From: Eledone cirrhosa
Lineage: Eukaryota
DNA length: 64,000 bases
Direction: 5' to 3'
NCBI GenBank assembly: GCA_964016885.1
Contig: OZ024740.1
Location: 387,190,001 to 387,254,000, forward strand
Shown: positions 13,140 to 26,185 of the stretch, piece by piece
How the letters are laid out: every line of letters begins with the position of its first letter
Position numbering within the stretch: the first letter of the stretch is position 1
The notes under the pieces: generated by a model
What the model saw: only the letters and a program-made list of their open reading frames with translations
What the model was told of the DNA's origin: nothing
Databases searched by the model: none
Program-made: the position numbers and the translations under genes

Positions 13140-14037
13140 TCTATATATTAATTTCAACAACGTCAGTATTCCGTGTGTGATAATTCTCGATTATCATTGG
13201 TTCATAGGTTTCAAACGACTCCGCCCACCTCAACGACGCCAAACTTAAATTAATATGCATAATGCCAATGAGGGAGTGAGAGGGGAGAGAGAGGCAAAGT
13301 GAACGCTGTGTTGGATACACTATGTATATGTGTCAGTGTAGAGACATGTGTGTGTGATGTGTGTGGAAATAAGAGAGGAAGGAAAGCAATAACTATTAAC
13401 ATGTGTGCGTGTGTATGTATGTGCGTGTATGTTTATGTGTGTGTGCGAGCAGCGTTCCACAGAAAATAAAAACTATCAACATGTGTGAGTGTGTGTAAGT
13501 GCACGGGTGCGTGTGTAAGTTTGCGTGCGTGTGCGCGTTTCCATGCGTGTATGTGTGTGTACGTGGGGCATGCCTCAATCGCCACGCAGTTTATCTGTCT
13601 GTGTGCCTGTCTGTCAGTCTAACATACACAGAGTTGTGAAGGGAGTAAATAGGGACCTTTTTTTACATTGACGGACATCTTTTATATTAATTATCTATAT
13701 CTATATCTACATATAATATAAAAGATTGGAACTTCCATCATCCTTTTGAGAAACGTGGAACAACCACGTCTATGCAATGATACACGTTTTACAGTCAGGC
13801 AGAAGATGAACCATCTCCTAGAGGTTACTATTCTAGGCGGGAGCACCTAGAATTGTTCATATACTATGCTCAAACGGTACAACGAAGAATCTCTGGTATA
13901 TCTGTTTTTTGTATCACACAGACACCACGGACTCGCCTCATACTGTAACCAGACAAATATCCAATACAGTCAGTTTCTCTTTTACCTGTCTTCTCTTATC
14001 ATCTGTTTACCCGGGCGAAGCTGGGTACGTCAGCTAG
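13140..14037 (+). mobile_element. Non-autonomous Helitron (short relative of the adjacent RepHel element)
   Basis: Starts TC after a host A and ends with hairpin ACCCGGGCGAAGCTGGGT plus ACGTCAG-CTAG. The 5' part is homologous to 14038-14492 and the 3' part to 19396-19804. Confidence 0.9.
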
Positions 14038-14519
14038 TCTATATATTAATTTGAACAATGTCAGTATTCTGTGTGTCATAATTCTCGATTATCATTGGTT
14101 CATAGGTTTCAAACGACTCCGCCCAACTCAACGACGCCAAACTTAAATTAATATGCATAATGCCAATGAGAGAGTGAGAGGGGAGAGTGTGAACGCTGTG
14201 TTCAATAACTATTAACATGTGTGTGTGTGTATGTACGTGCGCGTATGTTTATGTGTGTGTGCGTGCGTGCAGCGTTCCACAGAAAGTAAAAACTATCAAC
14301 ATGTGTGAGTGTGTGCGTGTGTAAGTTTGCGTGCATGTGCGCGTTTCCATGCGTGTATGTGTGTGGTGTTCCACAATCGCCACGCAGTTTATCTGTCTGT
14401 GTGCCTGTCTTTCAGTCTAACATACATAGAGTTGTGAAGGGAGTAAATAGGGACCTTTCTTTAAATTGACGGACATCTTTTATATTTATTATTGTGTCAT
14501 TTTTTGACAATTGCTGGAA

Positions 14520-17500
14520 ATGAATACTGATAATAAAAGCAATTCGACTTTATCAAACAGTGAACTACAGCGGCGACGGCGTGCAGCCAGCAATGAAGAA
14601 AAACGGGCCGAGCAGCGCCATTGGAACGCCGAACTTCAGAGGCGAAGACGTGCCGCCATGAATGAAGAGGATCTGGCTGATCAACGCCAACGAAACACTG
14701 GAGCCAAGCAGCGACGGCGTGCTGCGATGGTTGAAGACGAACTGGCTGAGCATCATCAGCCAGAATTCAGCAGCAACGGCGTGCTGTGATAGATGAAGAG
14801 GAGCTGGCTGAACAGCACCAGCGCAATACAGAATTTCAGAGAATGTGTCGCCAAAGTGCTCCTCATTCCAGTAAAGAGGCTAGAAGGTGAACGAATGATA
14901 TTAAAAATGGATCATGGCAACCGTATCATTTTCAGATTGGTGGACGAACAGAATGTCCACATTGTGGAGCATTGCTTTGGGGGCACGAAAAGACGTGGAC
15001 CACAATGTGCTGTCATAAAGGAGTAGTTCAACTCGAACCCTTGCGAATGCCGGATGATGAGGAGTCACCGGAGTTTAAAATACTAAGTATGTGGGGTGAT
15101 CAAGGAGACCGAGGTAGATTACTGCGCAAATATTCGCGGCAAATTAACAATTCATTAGCTTTAGCATCGCAGAGAGTTAGTGAGATGTTTGAGAGTGGAG
15201 CATGGCAACCGAATGTAGTCATTCAAGACCGTTTGTATCATTGTATCGGTAATTTAGAAGTTACCTCAGGAGAGAGGCCTCGATTCGCTCAAATTTACGT
15301 GAACGATCCAGATTATAGTGAATCGGAGGAGGATATCAGGATCGGTTGGATGAAGTTGCCGGGAAATATAACTGAACTTGAACGGCAAAATGATCCGTGA
15401 TTTGCAATCATGGCTTAGACAGTGTAATCCTTATGTTATGGATTTCATGTTGGTGGCTGAACTGCAAAATGTTCAGCAGCAAACATTGGTGATTAAGGCT
15501 GACGCAGTGCCAAGGAATCAACACGAACGGCGATATAATGCTCCTGAAGGATTTCGTGAAGTTGCTGTGTTGATGGACGATAAGCCTGGATCGAGAGATA
15601 TCGTCCTCAATCGCAGAGATGGTGGTCTCAAGACTATCAATGAGTCAAATAGGGCATACGATCCATTGCATTATGTTCTTTTATTTCCAAAAGGTGAAAA
15701 TGGATGGAACATGTCTGTTCATTTAGATGATCATGAGAATCAGCATCAACAGGGAGGTGGCAATAGACACAATAATTCGATTCGCGACTTTTACGCGTTC
15801 CATTTGAACAAGAGGAATCAACAGAGAAATGCGCTATTTCAAGCCAGCAGATTGTTCCAGGAATACTGTTGTATGGCATTCGCAAAGATCGAAAATCAAA
15901 GGCTAAATTATATAGCTACACATCAGCAACATATCAGAGCTGAATTGTATAATAATATACAGGATGCGATAACAGCCGATGATGCCAATTACAAGCAAAT
16001 TGGTCGACGCATCATTTTGCCATCGTCGTTCATCGGCGGCCCGAGATATATGAACATTCGCTATCAGGATGCAATGGCTATTGTCAGAAAGTTTGGAAAG
16101 CCAGATTTGTTGATAACGGCTGCATGCAATCCTGAATGGATTGATATTAAGGATGCACTTTTGCCAGGACAACAGCCAAAGGACCGTCCTGATATTGTGC
16201 ACTACGCAACTTGGTGGCAAAGTCAATGGTGCACAACCAATGCGGAGTGGCAAATCGGAAAGCGCCTTGCATGAAAAATGGCCAATGCAGTAAGCACTTT
16301 CCGGAATATTTTGTCATGAACACTTCCTGGAACGATGGGGATGCTCATCCCTCATACAGAAGACAGTCGCCTGCAGATAGCGGTTTGGTCGAAAATGTAA
16401 ACGGTCGGCCGGTTAAAAAATCAATGGGTTGTGCCATACAATCCATATTTGATTATGAAATATCGTTGTCATATTAATGTGGAAATTTCTAGCTCAGTGA
16501 AAGCTTGCAAATATCTATTCAAATATGTTTACAAAGGTCATGATCGGGCAATAATCAATGTCATGAATGAGGAAGCGAACCAAGGAAATGAAGTTGGCAG
16601 GTTCCAGGATGTTCGCTCGATTGGATCTAGCGAAGCTTGCTGGAGATTGTTCGATTTTGATCTCAATGAACGCAAACCCAGCGTTCAGAAACTGACGGTT
16701 CACTTAGAGAATATGCAAATGGTCTGTGTTCAGGACACTAGAAGAGGTGTCGAAAGAATTGCTAACGCACCACCTCCTAAGACGGAATTGACTGAGTGGT
16801 TCAAGCATAATAGGGAACATACTTTGAACCCGGATCAAAGGCAACTCTACTGCGATTTCCCTTCGCACTATACGTGGGATAAGAAGGGAAAGAAATGGAA
16901 TGATAGAAAACAAAAGTTGAGATTCATGACTATTGGACGGGTTTGTAATGTCCATCCAGTATCTGGTGATGTGTTTTATCTCCGAATTCTGTTGCATAAT
17001 GATTTTTCGAGAGGTAAATAGAGCTTCGCTGATTTGAAAACAATCAATGGCGTGGAATATGAAACATTCCAGGCTGTGTGTCAGCATCTGGGACTCTTTC
17101 AGGATGACGCTGAATGGAATAACGCCATGGAAGCTGCAGGAACAACACAGATGCCAGCTCAAATAAGGCAGTTGTTTGTCACGATTCTAGGATTCTGCAA
17201 TCCTGCCGATCCAAGAGAGTTATTTGAACGCCATTGGGGAATTATGGCTGATGATTTTAGGCATCATCTTCAGGTCGATGATGAAAATTTGATGAAAGCT
17301 ATTGTTTTTGCTCAATAATGAGCAACTGCTTGAAGTTCATTTCAAATGTTTAACAGATTTCAATTTGCCAATTCCTGATGAAGAAATGCGGCAACGTGTC
17401 TTAGCATTGAACATGAGATTGCAGCTTAGACGTTTGCCACTCGATCGGAGGGAACTAATCCAGTTTGATCCACTGGAACAGCAACGTATTGTGGATGAAC

Positions 17501-18844
17501 GTATACCAATGTTGACCCAATCTCAGAGAGAATTGGGCGGTGGCGTTCTCCACTCGATTTCCACTAATGAGCAACTTTGTGCTTTCATAGATGCTCCAGG
17601 GGGCACCTGGAAGACATTCTGTTTTAACACTATGTTATCGGAAGTCAGAGCTCAGAGGAAGATTGCTCTCCCTCTGGCCACCAGTGGGATCGCTGCCACT
17701 TTGCTGAGTGGTGGAAGGAACTTCCACTCATGCTTCAAGGCTCCATTGGCTCCGGATGAGTTGAGTGTCTGTAACATTACAGGACAAAGTGAACTCGCAT
17801 GCCTTATACGCAATACGTCTCTGATTGTTTGGGACGAGGCTCCAATGGCACACAGATATTTGTTGGAGACATTGGACAGAACTTTGAGAGATATCTGCGG
17901 TAGTGACCTGCTATTCGGTGGTAAGACTATCGTTCTTGGTGGCGATTTCAGACAGGTGCTACCAATTGTTAGGAATGCTCAAAGAGCGCAAATTGTCGAT
18001 GCATGTCTGAAAAAGTCCCCGTTGTGGCGCCATTTCAGAGTTTTGCGATTACACGATAATATGCGACTTCGTATGTTCGGGCAAAACGAAGAGGTTGATG
18101 CAGTTGGGAAACGATGAATTGCCACACGTTGGTAATAATCAGACTGTAAGAATTCCAGACCATTTGGTCATGCCACTGGACCGCCAAGCATTGATTGACT
18201 GGATGTTCCCTAATTTGAATGCTTTTTGGCAGAATATCTCCTGGATATCGGAACGCGTTATTCTAACTCATACGAATGCAACGGTCGATGAAATAAATTC
18301 ACAAGTAGCCGGAATGTTTCCTGGAGAGGAATGGTTGACCGTCAGTGCGGATGCAATGGAGCCTAATCAGCAGAACAATATGGATGTTCCGACTAAGTAT
18401 CTGAATTCACTTCAAATACCCGGATTTCCCCCACATATTTTGAGGTTGAAAAAGGGTATGCCGATTATATTGCTTAGAAATATCAATCATAAAATGGGTC
18501 TTTGCAATGGTACCAGATTGATTGTTGAGAGATTGATTAACGGAAGAGTTTTAGAAGCTAAACTCCCAGGCAGAGAGGAATCGGTTCTCATTCCGAGGAT
18601 CATGCTGAGACCAATTGAAGATCTGCTGCCATTCATTTGGCAAAGGAGACAGTTTCCCGTCAATATGGCCTTCTCCATGACTGTCAACAAGGCACAGGGT
18701 CAGACTTTCAAGCGAGTCGGTGTCTACTTGAATGATCCAGCATTCAGCCATGGGCAACTGTATGTTGCTGCATCTTGAGTGTGCGAACCTGATGGTATAA
18801 AATTTGCAATTGATACCACTAACAGAGTATTACAGTATTGGTAA
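14520..18844 (+). pseudogene. Helitron RepHel (Rep + Pif1-like SF1 helicase), frameshifted
   Basis: 23-aa RRRAA repeats, zinc finger CPHCGAL..CCHKG, RFAQIY, YDPLHYVLLFP, Rep motif I KPDLLIT..CNPEW and Y2 motif KYLFKYVYKG. Helicase motifs DAPGGT(W)KTF, IVWDEAPM, GGDFRQVLP, LCNGTR, AFSMTVNKAQGQT and FSHGQLYVA. Confidence 0.93.
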
Positions 18845-19444
18845 AAATTGGTTTCACTGCTATGTTGCGCAATAAATACCAACAAGTATTGGTAGAATTT
18901 GCCTTCACTGCTATGAATATTCGACGTAAATGCTTCAGACATTGGTGTCCTTTGATCAGTATTGTGAGCTTTGACAGAGTTATCATTTCTGTTCAATGTC
19001 ATTTATTGTCGATAATGAGCAATAAAAACCAACAAGTATTGGTAGAAATTGCCTTCAAATTTATCGCTTCTGATAGCGGTGGTAATAAAACCTCATCATA
19101 TGCTGAGTCTGGCAAAACGTTTGGTGCCTATGGCCGGCCAGGGCTAGAGTAATATTGAAAAACGATTCTATTTTCGAAGTAGAAGGATCCGCCATTTGGA
19201 GTTTAAACCAGGCTACCTCCCCAAGTTGAACTCTGGGCAATATTGACTGTCTATTACTCAGTGGCTAAGAGCCTGGAAATTACTGAATACATTTTTGTGT
19301 CATATAATTTGTTGTTTTATTATTATAGCTGACCACTTATAGATAAGCATGTTATCCATATCCATATTAATTTGGCATTTGTATATACTATTTCAAGTAA
19401 ATAGGGACCTTTTTTACATTGACGGACATCTTTTATATTAATTA

Positions 19445-19804
19445 TCTATATCTATATCTACATATAATATAAAAGATTGGAACTTCCATCATCCTTTTGA
19501 GAAACGTGGAACAACCACGTCTATGCAATGATACACGTTTTACAGTCAGACAGAAGATGAACCATCTCCTGGAGGTCACTATTCTAGGTGGGAGCACCTA
19601 GAATTGTTCATATACTATGCACAAACGGTACAACGAAGAATCTGGTATATCTGGAAGATTTTTTTTTACTGATTTTTGTAACACACAGACACCACGGACT
19701 TGCCTCATACTGTAACCAGACAAACATCCAATACAGTCATTTTCTCTTTTACCTGTCTTCTCTTATCATCTATTTACCCGGGCGAAGCTGGGTACGTCAG
19801 CTAG
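19445..19804 (+). mobile_element. Embedded mini-Helitron of a second family supplying the 3' terminus (also at 13694-14037)
   Basis: Own 5'-like end A^TCTATATCTATATCTACATATAATATAAAAG. Carries helicase remnants KIGTSIILLRNVEQPRLCNDTRFTVRQKMNHLLEVTILGG and VGAPRIVHILCTNGTTKNLVYLE, which differ from the equivalent main RepHel segment. Confidence 0.75.
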
Positions 19805-22800
19805 TATTATTAATTGTAAGTCCCCCACAACAAACATGGAATCAACAACACGTGCTACAGATCACCATGCTACTACACTTCCTAGCAGCCAGGTCGAAGA
19901 GTGCCTTAAAACAACTACGCCTGTAAGAAATTTGACACCACGTGTACCATCTAAGTCTACCTCGAATGCTAGGGAAAACACTATCGATAATAATAATAAT
20001 CGAAGAAATAATAATAATAATCGAAGAAGTTTGACACCACGTGTACCACCCGAGTCTACCTCGACTATTGTAGAAAATACTATCGATAATGATAATAATC
20101 AAAAGTATAAACAATTGAAAATTTCCCTCAACAAAATCTTCCAGAGAGAAATTAATTCACGTATAAACATTTCTCTTGCTGAACGTATTAAAACAACGAT
20201 ATTTAATAAAAAAAAATAAATAAAAAAAAAAACCCAACAAATAATGAAATATTACGTGTTATTGACGAAATAGGGGATGAATATTTACGACGGATAAAAA
20301 CCCCAACATTTTGGCAAATCAACGCCTGTTTATATGCCTTAGCAATGACAGTGAAGCATTATCTTGGTGATAGCAGAGATATTAACAAGAACAAAACACC
20401 ACCAAAAATACCATCATATATAACTAAAATAGAAAAAAAGATTGCTGACCTACGAAAAACCATAGGATATGAGACAATGCTCCTTACATGCAAACAAACA
20501 TAAAAAAACTTCACTACTCACTAACAGAAAGTGGAAAATAAAATAGAGACGATGTTTGGTAACAGTAGAACCAGAACTCTTCAATATAAGCTGATCACCC
20601 TCAAACAAGAATTGAGAGCTGTTAACGAAAAACGCCGATACCTAAAGAAGGTAGATGAAAGAAAAGTGCTTAATAAAAGATTCAGACGAAACCAAACATC
20701 AGTCTATAGAGATATGAGGGGCAAAATAATAAGTGTCACTGAGGCCCCATCTCAGAAAGACATAGATTCCTTTTAGAGAAAAATATGGGGTGAAAAGAAG
20801 AATTTCAACCAAGATGCAGTGTGGCTAAAAGAAATCCAAAAGAACTATTGCTCCTACACTACAACAAAAACATACGAAATAAGTGAGGGTACCCTTGAGA
20901 CTGTGATAGGAAAACTCCAAGATAAGAAAACACCAGGAAGAGACATGATTGTCGGCTGCTGGTACAAAAAACTGATATTCTATCGGAGGTATCTTACCGA
21001 CTTCTACCAACAAGTTCTTAAGGGAGATACACTTATACCAGAATGGTTGACATTAGCATAAACATTACTGGTCCCCAAGAACAAAGACACCCACCTGGCA
21101 AAAAACTACCGACCCATTGCATGCCAGAACCTGATGTATAAGATGTATACAGCCTACCTGAACCTATTCCTCCAAGATCACTGTGAAAATAATAACATCA
21201 TCACAGATGAACAAGCAGCTGGAAAGAAAGGGGTTTGGTGATGTGCTGAACAACTAATCAACAAAACTGCGATGTCGGAGGTGCAACAACTTAGGAGGAA
21301 TATGGCTACAGTCTGGCTGGACTACAGGAAAGCTTTCGATTCTGTTCTTCACTCTTGGATGATAGAGGTCCTCCAACTTGCTAAAGTCCCAGACATTATT
21401 ATGAGAGCCATAGAGAAGCTGTCTTCTTCTTGGGCTACTATCCTAAAGTTAAAGACTGATAAAATAAAATAACGCAGGGGTATATTTCAGAGAGACAGTC
21501 TCTCTGTGATATTATTCATTCTGTCATTAAACCCCTTGTCCTTTCTGCTCAAGAAATGTGAACGATACATCATTGGCTCACAGGAGGACAGAAATACGAA
21601 CCTAACCCATAATTTCTTTGTAGATGATCTGAAACTCTATGTCAAGAACATGGATGGGATGAAGAAAAATATTGATCTGGTTACAATATTCTCAAAGGAT
21701 ATAGGAATAGAGTTTGGCCAAGATAAATGCTCATATATGACTGTAAAGCGGGGAAAAACAACAACCCAATCTAGCAACATTTGTATCAATGGCCTAACTG
21801 TTTCACCAATATCTTATGAGGACTGCTACAGATGCCTGGGGATAGATGAGAATATATCCTATAATGGTATCTGTAATAAGGAACGCGTAACCAGGGGATA
21901 CTACACCCGATTAAGAAAGATATGATCATCGGAACTCTCTGCGCAAAACAAAACAGTGGCTCACAATGTGTTTGCTGTGCCTGTCCTAACACCAACTTTT
22001 GGAATACTCAATTGGACGATAGACGAAATCCGAGCGATTGATGTTAGAACTCAAAAAATACTAAACAACACCGGAAACTTGCACATCAACAGTGACAGAC
22101 CGCCTTTACTTGAAACGTAAGCAGGGGGGGGGGGCAGAGGCCTAACATCAGACAGCATTGAATGTCGCATCATATCCCTCCGACAACATCTACAAACCTC
22201 AAAGCGTACGAGCCCGCCTCTCGAGCAGGTCTATCTGCATGAAACAGATAAGATCATGAGAGTTGGGAAGGAACTCCTCGAGAGGTATTCCCTGTGTGAT
22301 AATAAAAAAAACTCACACCCAGGAAAGTCGCTCAGCAGTATCGCAGTGAATCCATGGATGAAAAACTGCATGCTTATCAGCAAAAAAATCATGCATTGAT
22401 ATGTTGCTAGGAAGCTCCAGAGTGAGAGTAATATAGTTAAAGAAAGTAGTCTATCTTGGACCAACAACTGCTATATTGGCTCCCACTTTGAAGGATACGC
22501 TTTTGCAATCCAAGAACAGGAAATCAACACGAAATACCTGATTCACAAAAGAGTAGGGATGCAGGCAAAACACCTAGATGTGATAACATGTGCAGACTCT
22601 TCAGAATTAACATCGAAGATGTCACCCATGTCATAAGCAGCTGTCTAAAGATGTCATCGCGGTATTATCTACCTATGAGGCATGATGTAGTGGCCAAAAC
22701 ACTGAACAATGCAATCCTTAGAAAAGATAGCTCCGATAATAAACACATTAAAAGCTACAGCAATGTGGAAGACATGCATATACATAATATGAAAGAGTAC

Positions 22801-23483
22801 TGGTGGAATGTTCCAGTAAAAGCGCCAATAAAATGCAGGCATAACAGACCAGATATTATGATATGGGACAGGAAGAAGAAAGCATGCACAGTAGTGGAAG
22901 TTAGCTGTCCAGCAGATGCCAATATAATATCAAAGATTAGCGAAAAGGAGAATATTTATGCAGAACTGATGAGAAATCTTCAGATACTCCACCCTGATTA
23001 TACCTTCAGATTTATGCCTGTGATTATTGGGGCACTGGGATATGTTAGGAACTGCCTCAATACAAATCTTGAGAAGCTGAGCTTCACAGGAACCGAAAGA
23101 ACACAACTAGTTAGGAAATTACAAGTACAATCCATTAATGAAACAGTAAAAATATGTAAAACATCCAAAAATAAATTTTGCATCTAATAACTGAATATAC
23201 ACATGTACAGATACTAAGCATATACACATTCACACATACAACTCAAAACATGCACCTCCACACATACAATAACATCTATATCTACACATGCATGCAGACA
23301 TGCATACATATCTACCTAGTTGATGTGTAAATTCCAATGAGAGTCTTGTGTCTATGTTAGAAACCGACTATCTCTCTGTATTGACAAAAATTTGTGAAAT
23401 TATAAAACCAGAAGAACATACATACATACATACATACATACATACATACATGCATACATACACACATGCATACATACATACAT

Positions 23484-24082
23484 GGTGGTGGCTGCCAACT
23501 CGTTTTCGAGTACGGCCACTACTTTATATCCATGTAGGAGAACCCCTCCCAATGCGCTGAACGAGTGTGACTTTTTAGTCCAGCCAGCGACTTGAAAACT
23601 CTGGTACAAACACTACACTTGTGACAATTATTAACACAGTGCTGGGCCCATGGTACCCTGTGACGACAAGTGCAGAGAGATCTCCAGATATAAAGCAATG
23701 CCTGTGCCGTGAAGCTTTTATAGTGAGCAAAGGCACTGCACAAAGCCAGTCCCACTCTCTTAACCAAGATGATATTTACCAAAAAGAAGAACAAGTCAAC
23801 ATCATTGGATACCATCAGGGTTGCAGGTGTTATATCAGAGTTTTCCTTCTCCTAGAATTCTGCCTTGACAAAGGCTAAGGGGTCATCTCTCCCGGTAATT
23901 TTGGATGGCCATTGACTCTTAAGAGCTCCTTTGCCCTTTGACAGGTTTTGTTCTTAGTCCTGCAGGATGTCCAAAGTCACCCTCCTCACCAAGAAACCTT
24001 GGTGGGGTTGCCAGTTTAGTCGCCAACGACCCGACCATGGGACAGGTTGTACTGGAATACATGTTACCAGTAGCACCAACTG
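23484..24082 (-). mobile_element. ~600 bp non-autonomous bipartite RTE-derived retroelement with (TATG)n tail
   Basis: RTE-like 5' UTR fused to a C-terminal C2H2 finger CSVCTRVFKSLAGLKSHTRSAH and a 3' hairpin GGTGGCCGTACTCGAAAACGAGTTGGCAGCCACC. Flanked on both sides by (CATA)n. Confidence 0.75.
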
Positions 24083-24709
24083 CATACATACATACATACA
24101 TACATACATACATACATACATACATACATACATACATACATACATAATACATACATACACTCACACATACATACATACATACATACATACATACATACAT
24201 ACATACATACATACATACATACATACATACATACATACATACATACATACATACATACATACATACATACATACATTAGTACTGGTGAAAATCCGTATAT
24301 AATTTTTCAATTAACTTATTTTTAAGAACGTCAAAATTAAAACAAAAAAAGTAGAATTATATACACGTCTATGAATTCAAATATATACACCTTATAACCA
24401 CAATAGTAATAAAAACTATTTAGGAAAACTAGTCTCAATTCCCAGTAGCAAGTCTCTTGGCTAGGAAAACATAAACGCCAAGATATCTTATTTCCTCGTC
24501 ATTCTTTAAAAACATAGAGCCTTGTCCTTAGTGAATATAATATTCAGAAAAGCTGAATTTTCAACAATGCAAAATGTGTTTTTTGTTGTTACATTCTTTT
24601 ACGAATAATATCCCAAAACATTACCGGATAGAATGTTTTACAGTATTAGTTTCGGCTCTCTGATCTTTGAATTCAAATCCAGCCGAGGTCAATTTGGCCT
24701 TCTTTCGTG

Positions 24710-26094
24710 ACACTAGAGCTACTCGGGATCACCCACCGATGTAGGGGCCTAAACGTCTGCACAATAGCACAATTTAATAGCCCAAAATTTGATGAAACGT
24801 ATGTTGTGACTCCGAGTGATGTGTCAGGCACACCATTCATCTTCTCTTTTAATCCCGATGTAGTGTCCCGCTTTCTCAGCTGCTTCCGATAATGCTCTCG
24901 AATGGTTGTTTCCTTTCTTTTAGCGTTTCTCAAAGGCCTCTGAGAAGCGAGTTAACCCTGGTCTCGGCAAATTCTCTGATACCTATCTCTACAGGGAAAC
25001 ATGATTCCTCCCATCCGCTGGTTACACAGGGTTTAACCAACTCACTGTACCTCCTGGCTCTCCTATCAAATACATCACCGATGTTCACCTCTCAAGAGGT
25101 AAGTTCCACCATCTTTACCATCTTCCTTCCCTTTCACCACAATACGAAGTCGGGTCTCTTGGTGGTGAAAAGGGGGTTTGGTATTACCGTCCAGGTAGCT
25201 GAGACTTCCAAAATCCCCTCCCATTTTGAGTCAGTCTTCTTTCTTACACTGGCTTGCTTGAGTCTTCTCTTTCTGACTTGTGGTCCTTCGTAGTTGTTCA
25301 TCCTCTTCACACTCTCTTCCACTAAATCAGTCAGTGCTCTAAGCACCTGGATATGCCGCCATGTGCATCTGTTCTTCAGGCTTAGTGGGTAATTGGACAT
25401 TATATGCTTCATCGTTTCCGCATTTGCATAGGTAGCTATTTTACTGTCTAACGTTTTAGCTTTGTGGGGCTAAGAAGCATGTCATAGACGGGCGAACCAG
25501 AAAACTGGTTCTGGCTGGCTCCCATGACCAAAGTTCCTTCCATCCGATCTTTCGTGCACAAACTCCTCCCAAAACACATACTTCCCCTGTTTGCCACATT
25601 GTACAAAGGTTGCAGAGCGACTTCTCACTTCTTCCTTCTTTATCTGATGGACTACCACAACCCTTCTCTCATGATTCATGATGTAGTATGGTCTGAATTG
25701 AGAATTTCCAAGGCCCTTTATATTGGTCTGAGAGGAACCTACTACATTTAATGTCCCAGAGAGGCCACAAAGTATTCCGTCTCCTCCAATGCCATCCACT
25801 TTCTTCCAGTCTTGAGCCCCGGTAGGGAGAAAGGGATGATACGATCGTGTGAATGGCACAGTGTCAGCAGGGTCCGTACATTACCACTTTTGTACTGCTC
25901 TGCTATTGATGGGATAAGTAATTCTATCGGACCACCATTTTCTACAAAGCCGCACATGCAAAGAATCGTGTCAATGCTAGTCACTTGTGAATATAGATAT
26001 TGCATTTCCGCACAAATGTCTTGATATGTGTTAGTACGACATCATACAACATCAGAGGCCACTGCAGTCTGGGGTACAGTGCAAACTACATGCA

Positions 26095-26095
<1 letters not shown>
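24710..26095 (-). mobile_element. HERO-like RLE non-LTR retrotransposon, 5'-truncated and degraded
   Basis: QWPLMLYDV, IPSIAEQYKSG..LKTGRKW, KHIMSNYPLSLKNRCTWRHIQVLRAL, KRPDFVLW, MVELT and CFPVEIG. Confidence 0.75.

Positions 26096-26185
<90 letters not shown>

Larger units (their letters stand above)
14038..19804 (+). mobile_element. Helitron, RepHel-bearing but defective
   Basis: 5' TCTATATATTAA; 3' hairpin plus CTAG (19801-19804) followed by host T; no TSD; contains the RepHel pseudogene. Confidence 0.92.
12624..23416 (+). mobile_element. Near full-length R4/Dong-clade non-LTR retrotransposon (RT + restriction-like endonuclease), degraded and interrupted by Helitrons
   Basis: N-terminal GCMSRMKLHWDEIHPE..TAKQLRQQ. 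RT motifs NYRPIACQN, WLDYRKAFDSV, RGIFQ.DSLS, HNFFVDDLKLY. Zinc knuckle CRL..EDVTHVISSC, then RHD, RPDI and VEVSCP (RLE). Stop at 23187 and a 3' UTR ending CCAGAAGAA-(CATA)n. Confidence 0.85.
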
